In this document: positions 34,332-44,045 of the stretch, piece by piece | Layout of the letters: each line of letters begins with the position of its first letter | Numbering within the stretch: the first letter of the stretch is position 1 | From: Candidatus Korobacteraceae bacterium | GTDB lineage: Bacteria > Acidobacteriota > Terriglobia > Terriglobales > Acidobacteriaceae | DNA: 64,000 nt | Direction: 5' to 3' | NCBI GenBank assembly: GCA_049519595.1 | Contig: JBEKQP010000001.1 | Location: 3,399 to 67,398 of the forward strand | Made by a program: the position numbers and the translations under genes | The notes under the pieces: generated by a model | The model's database searches: none | What the model saw: only the letters and a program-made list of their open reading frames with translations | What the model was told of the DNA's origin: nothing

Positions 34332-37300
34332 TTGATCAATAAGCTGATGGCCAAAGTGTTTGGGACTGCCAACGAGCGCGAAATTAAGCGCATGCAGCCA
34401 AGAGTGGAGCGCATCAATGCGCTCGAACCGGAAATACGCAAGCTGAGTGACGCAGAGCTGGCTGCCAAGTCGGTAGAATTTCGCGCTCGTATCCAGGAGA
34501 GGCTGGCCAAAGTTGACGACGAGAACGCCAACGGCGGCAGCGAGCCCGCCAAAAGCGAGCCCGCCAAGAGCGAGCCCGCCAAGGATGAAGTTGCCGTTCG
34601 CGACCGCGTCAAGGAGGCGGAGGGCGTTCGCGATCGCGCGCTGGCCGAAGCACTGGACGAGATTCTGGAAGAGGCTTTCGCCGTAGTCCGCGAAGCGAGC
34701 CGGCGCGTGCTCGACATGCGGCATTTCGACGTGCAATTGATCGGTGGAATGGTGCTGCATCAGGGCAGAATCGCCGAGATGAAAACCGGTGAGGGCAAAA
34801 CTCTGGTGGCGACTTTGCCGGTGTATCTGAATGCGCTCTCCGGCCGCGGCGTGCATGTGGTCACGGTGAACGACTACCTGGCCAAGCGCGACTCCGAGTG
34901 GATGGGGAAACTTTACAGTTTCCTGGGCCTGTCGGTAGGCGTAATCGTTCACGACCTCGATGACGAGCAGCGTCGTGCGGCCTACGCGTCCGACGTCACC
35001 TACGGCACGAACAACGAGTTCGGATTCGACTATTTGCGCGACAACATGAAGTTCGACGTGCGCGACTGCGTGCAGCGTTCACACAACTACGCGATTGTCG
35101 ACGAGGTGGATTCGATTCTCATCGACGAAGCGCGGACGCCGCTGATCATCAGCGGTTCCAGCGAGGAATCGACCGACAAATATTACAAGGTGAACGGAAT
35201 CATTCCCAAGCTGAAGAGAGGCGAAGAGCTGCCTGGACCGGAGCCGGGAATCAAGATCTACACGGGCGACTACACCATCGACGAAAAGCACAAGACGATT
35301 ACCGTCACCGAAGATGGCTGGGAAAAAGTTGAAAAGATGCTTGGGATAGGTAACATCGCCGATCCCGAGAATTGGGAACTCAAGCACCACGTCGAGACCG
35401 CGCTCAAGGCGCACAACCATTACCGGCGAGACGTGGAATACGTGGTGAAAGACGGCGAGGTGCTGATCGTCGACGAGTTCACCGGACGACTCATGCCGGG
35501 ACGCCGCTGGTCTGATGGTTTGCACCAGGCGGTAGAGGCCAAAGAAGGGGTGAAGATCGAGCGTGAAAACCAGACGCTGGCGACCATCACCTTCCAGAAT
35601 TACTTTCGCATGTTCAAGAAGCTGGCCGGCATGACCGGCACGGCGGAGACGGAAGCGGCCGAGTTCGACAAGATTTATCGGCTGGACGTGGTCGTCATCC
35701 CGACGAACCGGGATTTGATCAGGGTCGAGAATGCCGACACCGTCTACCGTACCGAAAAGGAAAAGTACTTTGCCGCTGCCGACGAAGTGCAGCGTCTGCA
35801 CGAGACGGGGCAGCCGGTGCTGGTGGGTACGACTTCCATCGAGAAATCCGAGCGGCTTTCCGATCTGCTGAAGAAGAAGGGCATCAAGCATGTCGTCCTG
35901 AACGCCAAGCATCACGAGCAGGAAGCCGAGATTGTGGCGCAGGCTGGACGTTTTGGAAGGGTGACGATTGCCACCAATATGGCAGGCCGCGGTACGGACA
36001 TCCTGTTGGGTGGCAATGCCGAGTTTATAGCCAAGCAGGAATGCCTCAAGAAAGGCTTGGCCCAACCGGTCCAGATCACCGCGGGTGCCGTGCAGGCGAG
36101 GCCGGACGATCCAACGACAACCTACTGGTATTACCAGGGCGCCGAGTATCGCGTGCCTACCGAGCAGTGGCAGGAACTGGTTAGCCGGTACAAGTCCGAG
36201 ACCGAGGCTGAGCACAAACAAGTGATTGCCAGCGGAGGGCTGTTCATCCTGGGCACGGAGCGGCACGAAGCGCGGCGTATCGATAACCAGCTTCGCGGAC
36301 GCGCCGGCCGTCAGGGTGATCCGGGTGCTTCACGTTTCTATCTTTCGCTGGAAGACGACTTGATGCGGATCTTTGCGAAGGAGTGGGTGAGCACGCTGCT
36401 GCAACGCCTGGGCATGGAAGAGGGCGTTCCCATCGAGTCGCGAATGATTACGCGGCGGATTGAAGCGGCGCAGAAGGCGGTGGAAGCCCAGCATTTCGAG
36501 GCCCGCAAACACCTGCTGGAATACGACGACGTAATGAACAAGCAGCGCGAGGCGGTCTACGGATTGCGCCGCCAACTGCTTGAAGGGCTGGAACAGAAAG
36601 AAATGATCCAGCAGGACTACGTGCGCGACATTCTCGGCGGCTTGCTCGAAAAGTATGCGGGAGAGCACGTACACCTCGAGGATTGGGACATCGGCGGGCT
36701 GAAGAACGAAGTGTTTACCCGTTTTGGAGTGGACATCCTCGCCGAAGGGGTGCAACCGGAGAAGCTGAACCGTCAGGAATTGGGCGATGCCATTTTCGCC
36801 AAGCTGCTGGAGCGCTACGACGCTAAAGAGCAGCTGATCGGCCCGGATGCCATGCGCCATCACGAGCGCATCGTCATGCTCAGCGTACTCGACCAGCTTT
36901 GGAAGGATCATCTGCTGGGAATGGATCACCTGAAAGAGGGCATTGGTCTTCGCGGCTACGGGCAGAAAGATCCCTTGGTCGAGTACAAGCGCGAGTCATT
37001 CGATATGTTCGAGGCGATGATGGAGCGCTTCGAGGAAGAGACCATCCGTTTTCTCTACTTGATGCAGGTAGTCGATGCCGCCGAAGCGGATCGCGTGCGC
37101 CAGCAGCAGGAAGCGGCGGATGAGCAGGCACAGTTTGCGGTTGCGGCCGATTCGCGCGGCGGAAACGGCGATCATCCCAGGAAGCGCCGGGCGCAAACTT
37201 CGATTGACGATATGGAAGAAGCCTTCCAGCGCAAGAAGAAGCGCGAACTGGAACAGGCGCGAATGGCCGGCTCCGGCGACGCGCAGCAGGTACAGCAGGT

Positions 37301-37385
37301 GGTGCGCTCGGGAGAGAAAATCGGGCGCAACGACCCCTGTCCCTGCGGCTCAGGCAAGAAATATAAGAAGTGCTGCGGGGCGTAG
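34332..37385 (+). CDS. secA: preprotein translocase ATPase SecA
   Basis: [43 protein letters not shown], and the C-terminal zinc motif [14 protein letters not shown]. Start is TTG 34332, or possibly ATG 34347. Confidence 0.97.
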   Translation: MINKLMAKVFGTANEREIKRMQPRVERINALEPEIRKLSDAELAAKSVEFRARIQERLAKVDDENANGGSEPAKSEPAKSEPAKDEVAVRDRVKEAEGVRDRALAEALDEILEEAFAVVREASRRVLDMRHFDVQLIGGMVLHQGRIAEMKTGEGKTLVATLPVYLNALSGRGVHVVTVNDYLAKRDSEWMGKLYSFLGLSVGVIVHDLDDEQRRAAYASDVTYGTNNEFGFDYLRDNMKFDVRDCVQRSHNYAIVDEVDSILIDEARTPLIISGSSEESTDKYYKVNGIIPKLKRGEELPGPEPGIKIYTGDYTIDEKHKTITVTEDGWEKVEKMLGIGNIADPENWELKHHVETALKAHNHYRRDVEYVVKDGEVLIVDEFTGRLMPGRRWSDGLHQAVEAKEGVKIERENQTLATITFQNYFRMFKKLAGMTGTAETEAAEFDKIYRLDVVVIPTNRDLIRVENADTVYRTEKEKYFAAADEVQRLHETGQPVLVGTTSIEKSERLSDLLKKKGIKHVVLNAKHHEQEAEIVAQAGRFGRVTIATNMAGRGTDILLGGNAEFIAKQECLKKGLAQPVQITAGAVQARPDDPTTTYWYYQGAEYRVPTEQWQELVSRYKSETEAEHKQVIASGGLFILGTERHEARRIDNQLRGRAGRQGDPGASRFYLSLEDDLMRIFAKEWVSTLLQRLGMEEGVPIESRMITRRIEAAQKAVEAQHFEARKHLLEYDDVMNKQREAVYGLRRQLLEGLEQKEMIQQDYVRDILGGLLEKYAGEHVHLEDWDIGGLKNEVFTRFGVDILAEGVQPEKLNRQELGDAIFAKLLERYDAKEQLIGPDAMRHHERIVMLSVLDQLWKDHLLGMDHLKEGIGLRGYGQKDPLVEYKRESFDMFEAMMERFEEETIRFLYLMQVVDAAEADRVRQQQEAADEQAQFAVAADSRGGNGDHPRKRRAQTSIDDMEEAFQRKKKRELEQARMAGSGDAQQVQQVVRSGEKIGRNDPCPCGSGKKYKKCCGA
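34539..34583 (+). repeat. 15-bp tandem repeat x3 inside secA (encodes SEPAK x3)
   Basis: agcgagcccgccaaa / agcgagcccgccaag / agcgagcccgccaag. Confidence 0.95.
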
Positions 37386-38044
37386 CTGCTCCCATAGGGA
37401 CCAGCCCAACCGAAGGAAACTACCCAGGTTACCCAATCCCGACGAGCGTTGCTCGCCGGAGGCCCGATGCGGCGAACTTTGGGACGCCCCGCCGGAAAAC
37501 TCTCTGATTCAACATCTTACGGCTACACTAGGTTGGGCACTCATCCAAAAGATAAAGGCACGGCGAGCCGTATCTTTTCGTTTTACACTCTACGGAAGAA
37601 TTTACGGATTCGATGGCTTTTGCCTTAACGGAGTTCTTTTTTAAGGCTGCGAAACGGGCTTGTGGAAGCAGGGTTAATGAAGATTCGAAGGCTAGAGTGC
37701 AGGTGGGCTGTAACGACAGGAAATTCGTCGAGCTACGGCGACCGGGTGAATGCGTCTGCCGGGTCTGTTCCAGCGCGTTTCGGCGGACAGAGTTCTCATG
37801 GCGGCTCGGGCGTCCACGCTGGGGGACCTAGAGGATAGGGCCAAATCGGATTCAAAGGAGAGATTCGGGATTCAAAAAGTCAGGGGCGGCGATGCTGCCC
37901 CTTTGCCGTTCTGCCGGAATCGAGAGCGTAATTCGTAGAGGCGTTCCTGATGCGGCTGGTGCACTTAGCGCTTTGCAGGCCAGGCACTCAAAACTTCTGA
38001 ATAGATATCCGCATCTTGTTGTTCAGGATGGGAGGGAGGCAGGT

Positions 38045-38491
38045 ATGCTGGGAATCAAATTCGCGCGGCTGGTCGAAAAGCATAGTGAAGCGCTGGGCAA
38101 ATCCCTGGTTGACAAACTCAGGAATTCAGGCCGGACGGATTCTTTCCGCGCCATCTCAGAGCACGAACTGCTGCACGACGTCCAAGTGCTCTACCGCAAC
38201 CTGAGCGATTGGCTGATGACCAGGACGGAACTCGACGTCCAGCAGTATTACACCAAAATTGGGATGCGCCGGGCCGGACAGGGGGTTCCGATCAACCAGT
38301 TTGTCTGGGCGCTGGTGCTCGCCAAGGAGCAGTTATGGCTGTTCATGCAGCGCGAGGCTATGGCTGAAGGCGCTCTGGAACTCGTGAGCGAACTGGAGTT
38401 CGTGCTGGCGCTGGAACAATTCTTCGATCGCGCCATGTACTACGCCTTGATGGGCTACACCGAAGGCAAGAAGAGCATCATCGCGGCGTGA
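38045..38491 (+). CDS. hypothetical all-alpha protein (possibly RsbR-N / sensor-globin-like; weak)
   Basis: Strong RBS gggagggagg before ATG 38045. The ORF opens at 37892. Confidence 0.6.
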   Translation: MLGIKFARLVEKHSEALGKSLVDKLRNSGRTDSFRAISEHELLHDVQVLYRNLSDWLMTRTELDVQQYYTKIGMRRAGQGVPINQFVWALVLAKEQLWLFMQREAMAEGALELVSELEFVLALEQFFDRAMYYALMGYTEGKKSIIAA

Positions 38492-38547
38492 GCATTTGCC
38501 CTCGTTTCGGCACGCGTTAGAGGCTGCTGAAGAACTCTTCTCCGAGA

Positions 38548-38642
38548 GCGTCATCCTGAGCGCAGTGAAGGATCTGCTGCGCGGGTTAAAAGTGAAGCAA
38601 ATTCTTCGGCCTCGCAAAACCGGCGCGGCCTCAGGATGACAC
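38548..38642. repeat. REP-B box with an inverted partial partner
   Basis: gcgtcatcctgagcgcagtgaaggatctgctg (38548..38579) and cctcaggatgacac (38629..38642). Confidence 0.75.
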
Positions 38643-38670
38643 TCAGGTTCAGATGGCACACGTGCCAGGT

Positions 38671-39303
38671 TCAGAAACGCGGCTTTCTGCGGCCGCATTC
38701 GCGGAAGGTCATATTGTTGGCAGGGCTTCCGGTTGCCTTTTTCCACTCCAGAAAGAGTTCGCCGTACGACTTGGTGATGTAGTCGCTGGGATCGACGTCG
38801 AGAGCGCGGGCGGTGCGATCGATCCAGCGGGGCGCGCCCTCGATTTCGGCGACAACCCCGATCGGCGTATGGTCTACCACTACCTCACCCTTGCCGTCGC
38901 TCCATTCGGAACGGAATTTTTCGTAGACAAAGACCGGCGCGTGGCCGAGTGCGCGCAAAATGGCGTCGAGTTCAGGGCCGTTCTCGACGGCGGTCTCGTG
39001 CTCCTCGCGAGTTTTATATTTCCCAGGCGTGCCTTTTGCCTTATGGGTGAGCCGCCAGCGTTCGCCGTACTTGCGCAGACGCAAAATGGCACCCTGGCGG
39101 CGCAAGGGATTGCCCGGGCGGTCGTAAAGCGAATTAACCTCATGCGTTGGAGGAGTCTTTAGCTGAAAACCGGCATCCGTCAGGGATTGCTCAAGCCGGC
39201 GGACGTCCGCCACGCGAAATTTGATTTCGACTTCCGAGTTCTTAGGCAACGTCTTCTCCTTGCCATCCTGCAGTGTACTCTGCGCGATTTCGGCCGTCTC
39301 CAC
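38671..39303 (-). CDS. CYTH-domain protein (class IV adenylate cyclase / triphosphatase family)
   Basis: The EVEIKFRV ExExK motif, then LRLRKYG...RLTHK and EEHET. Confidence 0.85.
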   Translation of the reverse strand: METAEIAQSTLQDGKEKTLPKNSEVEIKFRVADVRRLEQSLTDAGFQLKTPPTHEVNSLYDRPGNPLRRQGAILRLRKYGERWRLTHKAKGTPGKYKTREEHETAVENGPELDAILRALGHAPVFVYEKFRSEWSDGKGEVVVDHTPIGVVAEIEGAPRWIDRTARALDVDPSDYITKSYGELFLEWKKATGSPANNMTFRECGRRKPRF

Positions 39304-39317
39304 GTTAGAATAAACTT

Positions 39318-40193
39318 GTGTCCCTCTCTCGTAACATAGGAACTACGCTGGAAATGATCAAGTGGGAGCACTCCGTGCTGACGCTTCCGTTTGGCCTTAC
39401 CGGCGCGGTGCTGGCGGCGCGCGGCCTTCCCAGCGTGCGACAGGCGGTCTGGCTGGTGGTGGCGCTGGTCTCCGCCCGGTCAGCGGCCATGGCCTTCAAC
39501 CGCCTGGCAGACGCGGCCATCGATGCCGAAAACCCGCGAACAGCATCGCGCGCCATTCCCGCCGGACTTCTCTCGCGGCAATTCGTCTTCTGGTTTGTCG
39601 TGGTGTTCTCGCTGATCCTGATTTTCGCAGCGAGGATGCTGAGCCAGCTTGCATTCTATCTCTCGCCCGTGGCGCTGGTCATCCTCTTCGGCTACTCATA
39701 CACCAAACGCTTCACGCGCTGGGCGCATGTGTTCCTGGGTCTGGCCATGGGGATCGCCCCAGCCGCCGCGTGGGTGGCGATCCGGGGCACGCTGGACCCG
39801 AAAATCTTCATCGTGACCGGCGCGGTCATGTTCTGGGGGGGCGGCTTCGATATTTTGTATAGCTGCCAGGACTACGAGCATGATTGCCGCGCCGGATTGT
39901 ACTCCGTCCCCCGGGCCTTTGGCATCGCGAGGGCGCTGGTGCTGGCGCGCATCTTCCACGTCGTCGCCTTTGGACTGTTTCTGTGGATGGTGTTCGCGTT
40001 TGCGCTAGGTCCGGTGGCACTGGTGGGAGTGCTGCTGGTGGGAGCGCTGCTGATTTATGAGCACTCGCTGGTGCGGGCGAACGACCTGAGCAGACTCAAC
40101 GCGGCGTTTTTCACCACCAACGGCTTTATTTCCATGCTGCTGCTGGGCTTTATTGCCGCCGATCTGCTGATCCGGCACGGCTCCAGCCTTTAG
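39318..40193 (+). CDS. UbiA-family aromatic prenyltransferase (likely menaquinone/futalosine-pathway prenyltransferase)
   Basis: NRLADAAIDAENPRT (NxxxDxxxD motif), a polytopic membrane profile, and adjacency to an Mqn-type radical SAM gene. Confidence 0.85.
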   Translation: MSLSRNIGTTLEMIKWEHSVLTLPFGLTGAVLAARGLPSVRQAVWLVVALVSARSAAMAFNRLADAAIDAENPRTASRAIPAGLLSRQFVFWFVVVFSLILIFAARMLSQLAFYLSPVALVILFGYSYTKRFTRWAHVFLGLAMGIAPAAAWVAIRGTLDPKIFIVTGAVMFWGGGFDILYSCQDYEHDCRAGLYSVPRAFGIARALVLARIFHVVAFGLFLWMVFAFALGPVALVGVLLVGALLIYEHSLVRANDLSRLNAAFFTTNGFISMLLLGFIAADLLIRHGSSL

Positions 40194-40224
40194 AAATGGT
40201 TCTTTGTGCGTTATCATCGAAAAG

Positions 40225-41367
40225 ATGTTTGGCTCGGAGAATAAACACCGCCCATTTCAAACAGACGATCCCAGGCTGCTGCCAATCGCCGACAAGGTGG
40301 CGCGGCAGGAACGTCTGACGTCTGAAGATGGCCTCGCCCTCTACCAGACGAGCGATATCCTCGCTGTCGGCTGGCTGGCTAACCAGGTGCGCGAACGCAT
40401 GCATGGCGATGTCGCGTACTTCAATGTCAACCGTCACATCAACCCAACCAACGTCTGCGTAGCGGCTTGCCGGCTGTGTGCCTTTGGCCGCAGAAAAGAC
40501 GTCCCCGGGGCCTACACAATGGCTTTGGAGGAGGCTTGGCGCGCGGCGGCTTCGGGCTACACGGAAGCGGTGACGGAGTTTCACATCGTCGGTGGCCTGC
40601 ACCCTGACTTGCCGCTAGAATATTTCTTAGATCTGTTTCGCGGTCTCAGGGAGCGGTTTCCGAAGGTGCACCTCAAGGCGTTCACCATGGTGGAGGTTGC
40701 GTTCTTCGCCAAGCGTGCCAAGCTCTCGATACGCGAGACGCTGCTGAAAATGAAAGAGGCAGGCGTGCAATCGATGCCCGGTGGAGGAGCGGAAATCTTC
40801 GCCGAACGGGTGCGCTCAATCATCTGCGACCACAAGATCGATGGAAACGAGTGGCTGGAAACGGCGCGTATCGCTCACGAGGTCGGGCTGAAGTCGAACG
40901 CCACCATGCTCTACGGGCACATCGAGAACGACGAGGACAGGGTGGATCATCTGGTGAAGCTGCGAGCCCTGCAGGACGAGACCCATGGGTTCCAGTGTTT
41001 TATTCCGCTCTCGTTCCATCCCGCCAATACCATGCTCGAACACCTGCCTACCACCACCGGCATGCAGGACATCAAGCAAATAGCGGTCTCGCGGTTGGTG
41101 CTGGACAACTTCCCGCACATCAAGTCCTACTGGCAAATGATGACTCCTAAGGTGGCACAGATTTCGCTGTGCTTTGGAGCTGACGATATCGATGGCACGG
41201 TGGTGGAAGAAAAGATCTACCACGACGCGGGAGCGACGACGCCCCAGGGTCTTCGCCGCCATGACTTGATCAGGTTGATCAAGGAAGCTGGGCGGGAGCC
41301 GTTGGAGCGAGACACGCTGTATCGGCGGGTGACTCGGGACGAAACTTCGTTCACGGTTGCCGTCTAG
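40225..41367 (+). CDS. futalosine-pathway radical SAM enzyme (MqnE/MqnC family; MqnE-like by eye)
   Basis: NVNRHINPTNVCVAACRLCAF (CxxxCxxC), HIVGGLHPD, and GGGAEIF. The ORF opens at TTG 40204. Confidence 0.8.
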   Translation: MFGSENKHRPFQTDDPRLLPIADKVARQERLTSEDGLALYQTSDILAVGWLANQVRERMHGDVAYFNVNRHINPTNVCVAACRLCAFGRRKDVPGAYTMALEEAWRAAASGYTEAVTEFHIVGGLHPDLPLEYFLDLFRGLRERFPKVHLKAFTMVEVAFFAKRAKLSIRETLLKMKEAGVQSMPGGGAEIFAERVRSIICDHKIDGNEWLETARIAHEVGLKSNATMLYGHIENDEDRVDHLVKLRALQDETHGFQCFIPLSFHPANTMLEHLPTTTGMQDIKQIAVSRLVLDNFPHIKSYWQMMTPKVAQISLCFGADDIDGTVVEEKIYHDAGATTPQGLRRHDLIRLIKEAGREPLERDTLYRRVTRDETSFTVAV

Positions 41368-41766
41368 GCGGGCTGCGGAAGGTAGTCTGTAGGGCCCAAC
41401 TCGAAGCTTCGCCATATCCGCTTCGCCTGCAGCTCCGCAAATATAGCCGCCAGCGAGAATGCATGCTCCCCACTCCGCAGGGGCTCTTTTGTGCCCTGGA
41501 AACGTTCCTAGGGGCGCGCTGATGGGGCGGTGGAGTAACGGGCCCTAGTTCGATCATACTTTCACCCCGAATGCTTGCAATTCTGATTGGCATTGCCGTC
41601 CGCAGGTCAGATTCCTGAGTGGCAGGCCCCGTGCAAGTCCGCGCCTGTTAGAGGGTTTCATTCATTGGTGAAGCAACTGTCTTTTGTCTGCACGCTTCAG
41701 TAACAGCAGGTGTACAATTCCCGGACACAGGGACTTTGGGAGCCACTCCTGTAACGGAGCCCATGA

Positions 41767-42813
41767 ATGAACGTCCATTTCACGTACAAACTTTCAAAAA
41801 CTGCCGATCTCGAAAATCTGATCACACAACGAATTGAAAAACTACAAAAGCGCCTTCAGGTGTTTCGGCCCGACATGATTTCGCTGTATGGTTCGGTCGA
41901 TGAGCATCCGAAGATGGGCTTCAACGTAGCGCTGAATCTGCGCTTGCCGTCCGGGCAACTGGCTGCGCGCGAAGTCGGCGACACGGCACCGAGCGCGATT
42001 AAGAGTTGCTTTGAGAGCCTGAAGGAGCAACTCGCGAAGCACATGGATCACCTGCGGGCCGCGTACAAGTGGCCACGCAGAAGGCGCCCGGCGGGACGTA
42101 CCCGCGCGGAAACGCAGGTGCCCTTCGAAGAGACACTTGCGTCCGTGCAGGCCGACGTCGTTTCCGCCCAGGATGTTAATGGCTGGCTGAATGCGAATCT
42201 CGACAAATTGCAGCGATTCGTCGAGCGGGAACTTCGCTACCGCAGCAACAGCGGGCAGCTGCGTGCGCAACAGATAACACCAGAGGAGGTAATCAGCGAG
42301 GCCATCGCGAACGCGCTGGACGGCCGCACGGAAAAACCCGAGAAATTTACGCTGGAGCCCTGGCTGTACTTTCTTTCACGGGCCGCCATCGATCGTCTGG
42401 CGGAGCAAGCTCGCGGCGCAGAGGGTGAAGTCGGATTGGACTCTAGCGTGCGGGCAGAGGAGGCCACCGGAAGCGACGAGGCCATGCTCCAGTTCCATCA
42501 TCCCGACGAAATGCTTACCAACGAGAATGTCATTCCCGATGGTGCAACCGCGACGCCGGAGGAGATCGCCGCTAGCGACGAAGTGATGGGAATGATCGAG
42601 ACGGTTTTGCGCAACGCGCATCACGAAGACCGGGAGGCTTTCATCCTGTTCACGATGGAAGGGTTCACCGTGCAGGAAATAGCCGTGATTACCGAGCGCA
42701 AGCCGGAAGAGGTCCGAACGTCGATTGCAAAAGCACGCGAACAACTGCGGAAAGCACTGCCGGTTGCCGAGCAGTTGAGGAACAAGCTGATCGAGCATTC
42801 CAAATCCGCCTAA
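41767..42813 (+). CDS. fusion protein: N-terminal RaiA/HPF (S30AE) ribosome-hibernation-factor domain plus C-terminal ECF-like sigma-70 regions 2 and 4
   Basis: The N-terminal 100 or so aa are colinear with HPF/YfiA (MNVHFTYK...ITQRIEKLQKRL...AIKSCFESLKEQLAKHMDHL). A basic linker KWPRRRRPAGRTR follows. Then come the region-2-like EEVISEAIANAL...PWLYFLSRAAIDRL and the region-4-like DREAFILFTMEGFTVQEIAVITERKPEEVRTSIAKAREQLRKAL. Confidence 0.8.
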   Translation: MNVHFTYKLSKTADLENLITQRIEKLQKRLQVFRPDMISLYGSVDEHPKMGFNVALNLRLPSGQLAAREVGDTAPSAIKSCFESLKEQLAKHMDHLRAAYKWPRRRRPAGRTRAETQVPFEETLASVQADVVSAQDVNGWLNANLDKLQRFVERELRYRSNSGQLRAQQITPEEVISEAIANALDGRTEKPEKFTLEPWLYFLSRAAIDRLAEQARGAEGEVGLDSSVRAEEATGSDEAMLQFHHPDEMLTNENVIPDGATATPEEIAASDEVMGMIETVLRNAHHEDREAFILFTMEGFTVQEIAVITERKPEEVRTSIAKAREQLRKALPVAEQLRNKLIEHSKSA

Positions 42814-42853
42814 ACAACCAGAACGAGTCCAAGAGTATTGAGGAGAGGTGTCG

Positions 42854-44014
42854 ATGATTACGCGAAGAGAAATCCGCGCTCTGGCCGAATTTCAATCGGC
42901 CCGAGGATGTGCAGTCACGTTTTACTATCAGCCCGACACACCGGCGAACCAGTCTCATCGGGAGGAAGCAATCCTGGTGAAGGATTTGGGGCGTGCGGCG
43001 CTTCGCGAAGCCGAGAAAGAGGGTCGCAACGATTATGCGCGCGCCGACCTGAGCCGAATTCTCGAGCTGGCGGAGCGTCTCCACGGGAATGCCGGGAAGG
43101 CGAAGGCGGTCTTTGCCGACTCGTCACAGAACGTCTGGCGTGAGTTTGACATTCCGGCATGGCTGGACAAGACGCGGGTGTTGATCGATCGTCGGTTTCA
43201 TCTCAGACCGCTGGCGCCGCTGCTGGAGGTGAATCCGCGGGTATGCGTTTGCGTCGTGGATCGCAGCAAAGCGCGACTTTTCGACTACCAGAATGAAATC
43301 TGCAAGGAGGTTATCGGATTTTTCACCGAGTCGCCGCGAGTGGGCGAGAGCACGGGAGGGGGAGGCTACGATGCCGGACACATCTCCCGGCGCGTTTCCG
43401 AATTTGCCAAGCAGCACTATAAAAAGGTGGCGGATACGATTCTGAAATTCTTTGAACGCGGCAGTTGCGAGAGTCTGGCGGTGGGAATCCGCGACGAGAA
43501 TTGGCTCGAATTCGAATCTGTGCTGCACCCTTACCTCAAAAAGAATCTGGTCGGCCGCTTCCATGCCGATCCCGATACAGCGACTCCTCAGCAACTGAAA
43601 GGAAAGCTCGAACGGCTGCTGGATGAGTACGAACTGAATCGGCACCGAGGGCTCGTCCGCGAGGTGCTGGGGGAAGCGCAGCGGAAGGCTCGCGGGGCAG
43701 TCGGCTTGCGGCGCGTGCTGCGCTCGCTGGAAACCGGAGAGATTCAGACACTGCTGCTGGGAGAGCACTTTCAGGCCCCTGGCGTCGAGTGCCGCCATTG
43801 TGGGCATGTAGACCTGAAAGTCTATCCCAACTGCGCAATCTGCTCGCATCCTGTCGCTGCCGTAGAGGATATCAGCGACGCGATCCTGGGAGCGGCACTG
43901 CGTGGCGGCATAGAGGTGGTCTACGTGAGAGACGATTCCGAATTGGAAGCGGCAGGAAATATCGCCGCGCTGCTACGCTTCCGGGCGGACCAACGGAGAG
44001 CGGTTGCCTCATAG
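42854..44014 (+). CDS. bacterial eRF1/Pelota-fold (archaeo-eukaryotic release-factor-like) protein with a Zn-ribbon insert
   Basis: Central domain VCVCVVDRSKARLF...ESTGGGGYDAGHISRRV. C-domain GAVGLRRVLRSLETGEIQTLLL...IEVVYVRDDSE...GNIAALLRF. CRHC-x10-CAIC is inserted in the C-domain. ATG 42854 follows GGAG (the ORF opens at GTG 42848). Confidence 0.8.
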   Translation: MITRREIRALAEFQSARGCAVTFYYQPDTPANQSHREEAILVKDLGRAALREAEKEGRNDYARADLSRILELAERLHGNAGKAKAVFADSSQNVWREFDIPAWLDKTRVLIDRRFHLRPLAPLLEVNPRVCVCVVDRSKARLFDYQNEICKEVIGFFTESPRVGESTGGGGYDAGHISRRVSEFAKQHYKKVADTILKFFERGSCESLAVGIRDENWLEFESVLHPYLKKNLVGRFHADPDTATPQQLKGKLERLLDEYELNRHRGLVREVLGEAQRKARGAVGLRRVLRSLETGEIQTLLLGEHFQAPGVECRHCGHVDLKVYPNCAICSHPVAAVEDISDAILGAALRGGIEVVYVRDDSELEAAGNIAALLRFRADQRRAVAS

Positions 44015-44045
44015 ACTTGTAGGGTGCGAAACATGGGCGTGGCCT

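Noticed and set aside
35079-36929. Minus-strand ORFs of 395 aa and 199 aa inside secA
   Set aside because: They are antisense to an unmistakable SecA reading frame, and I recognise no domain signatures in them.
37600-37900. Attempt to assign the post-secA region to tmRNA, RNase P RNA, SRP RNA or a cobalamin riboswitch
   Set aside because: None of the hallmark conserved strings I remember is present (the GGAAAGUCCGGGC-type P4 region, the tmRNA tRNA-like 3-prime end with CCA context, the SRP GGAA tetraloop helix). The region is kept only as an unassigned structured stretch.
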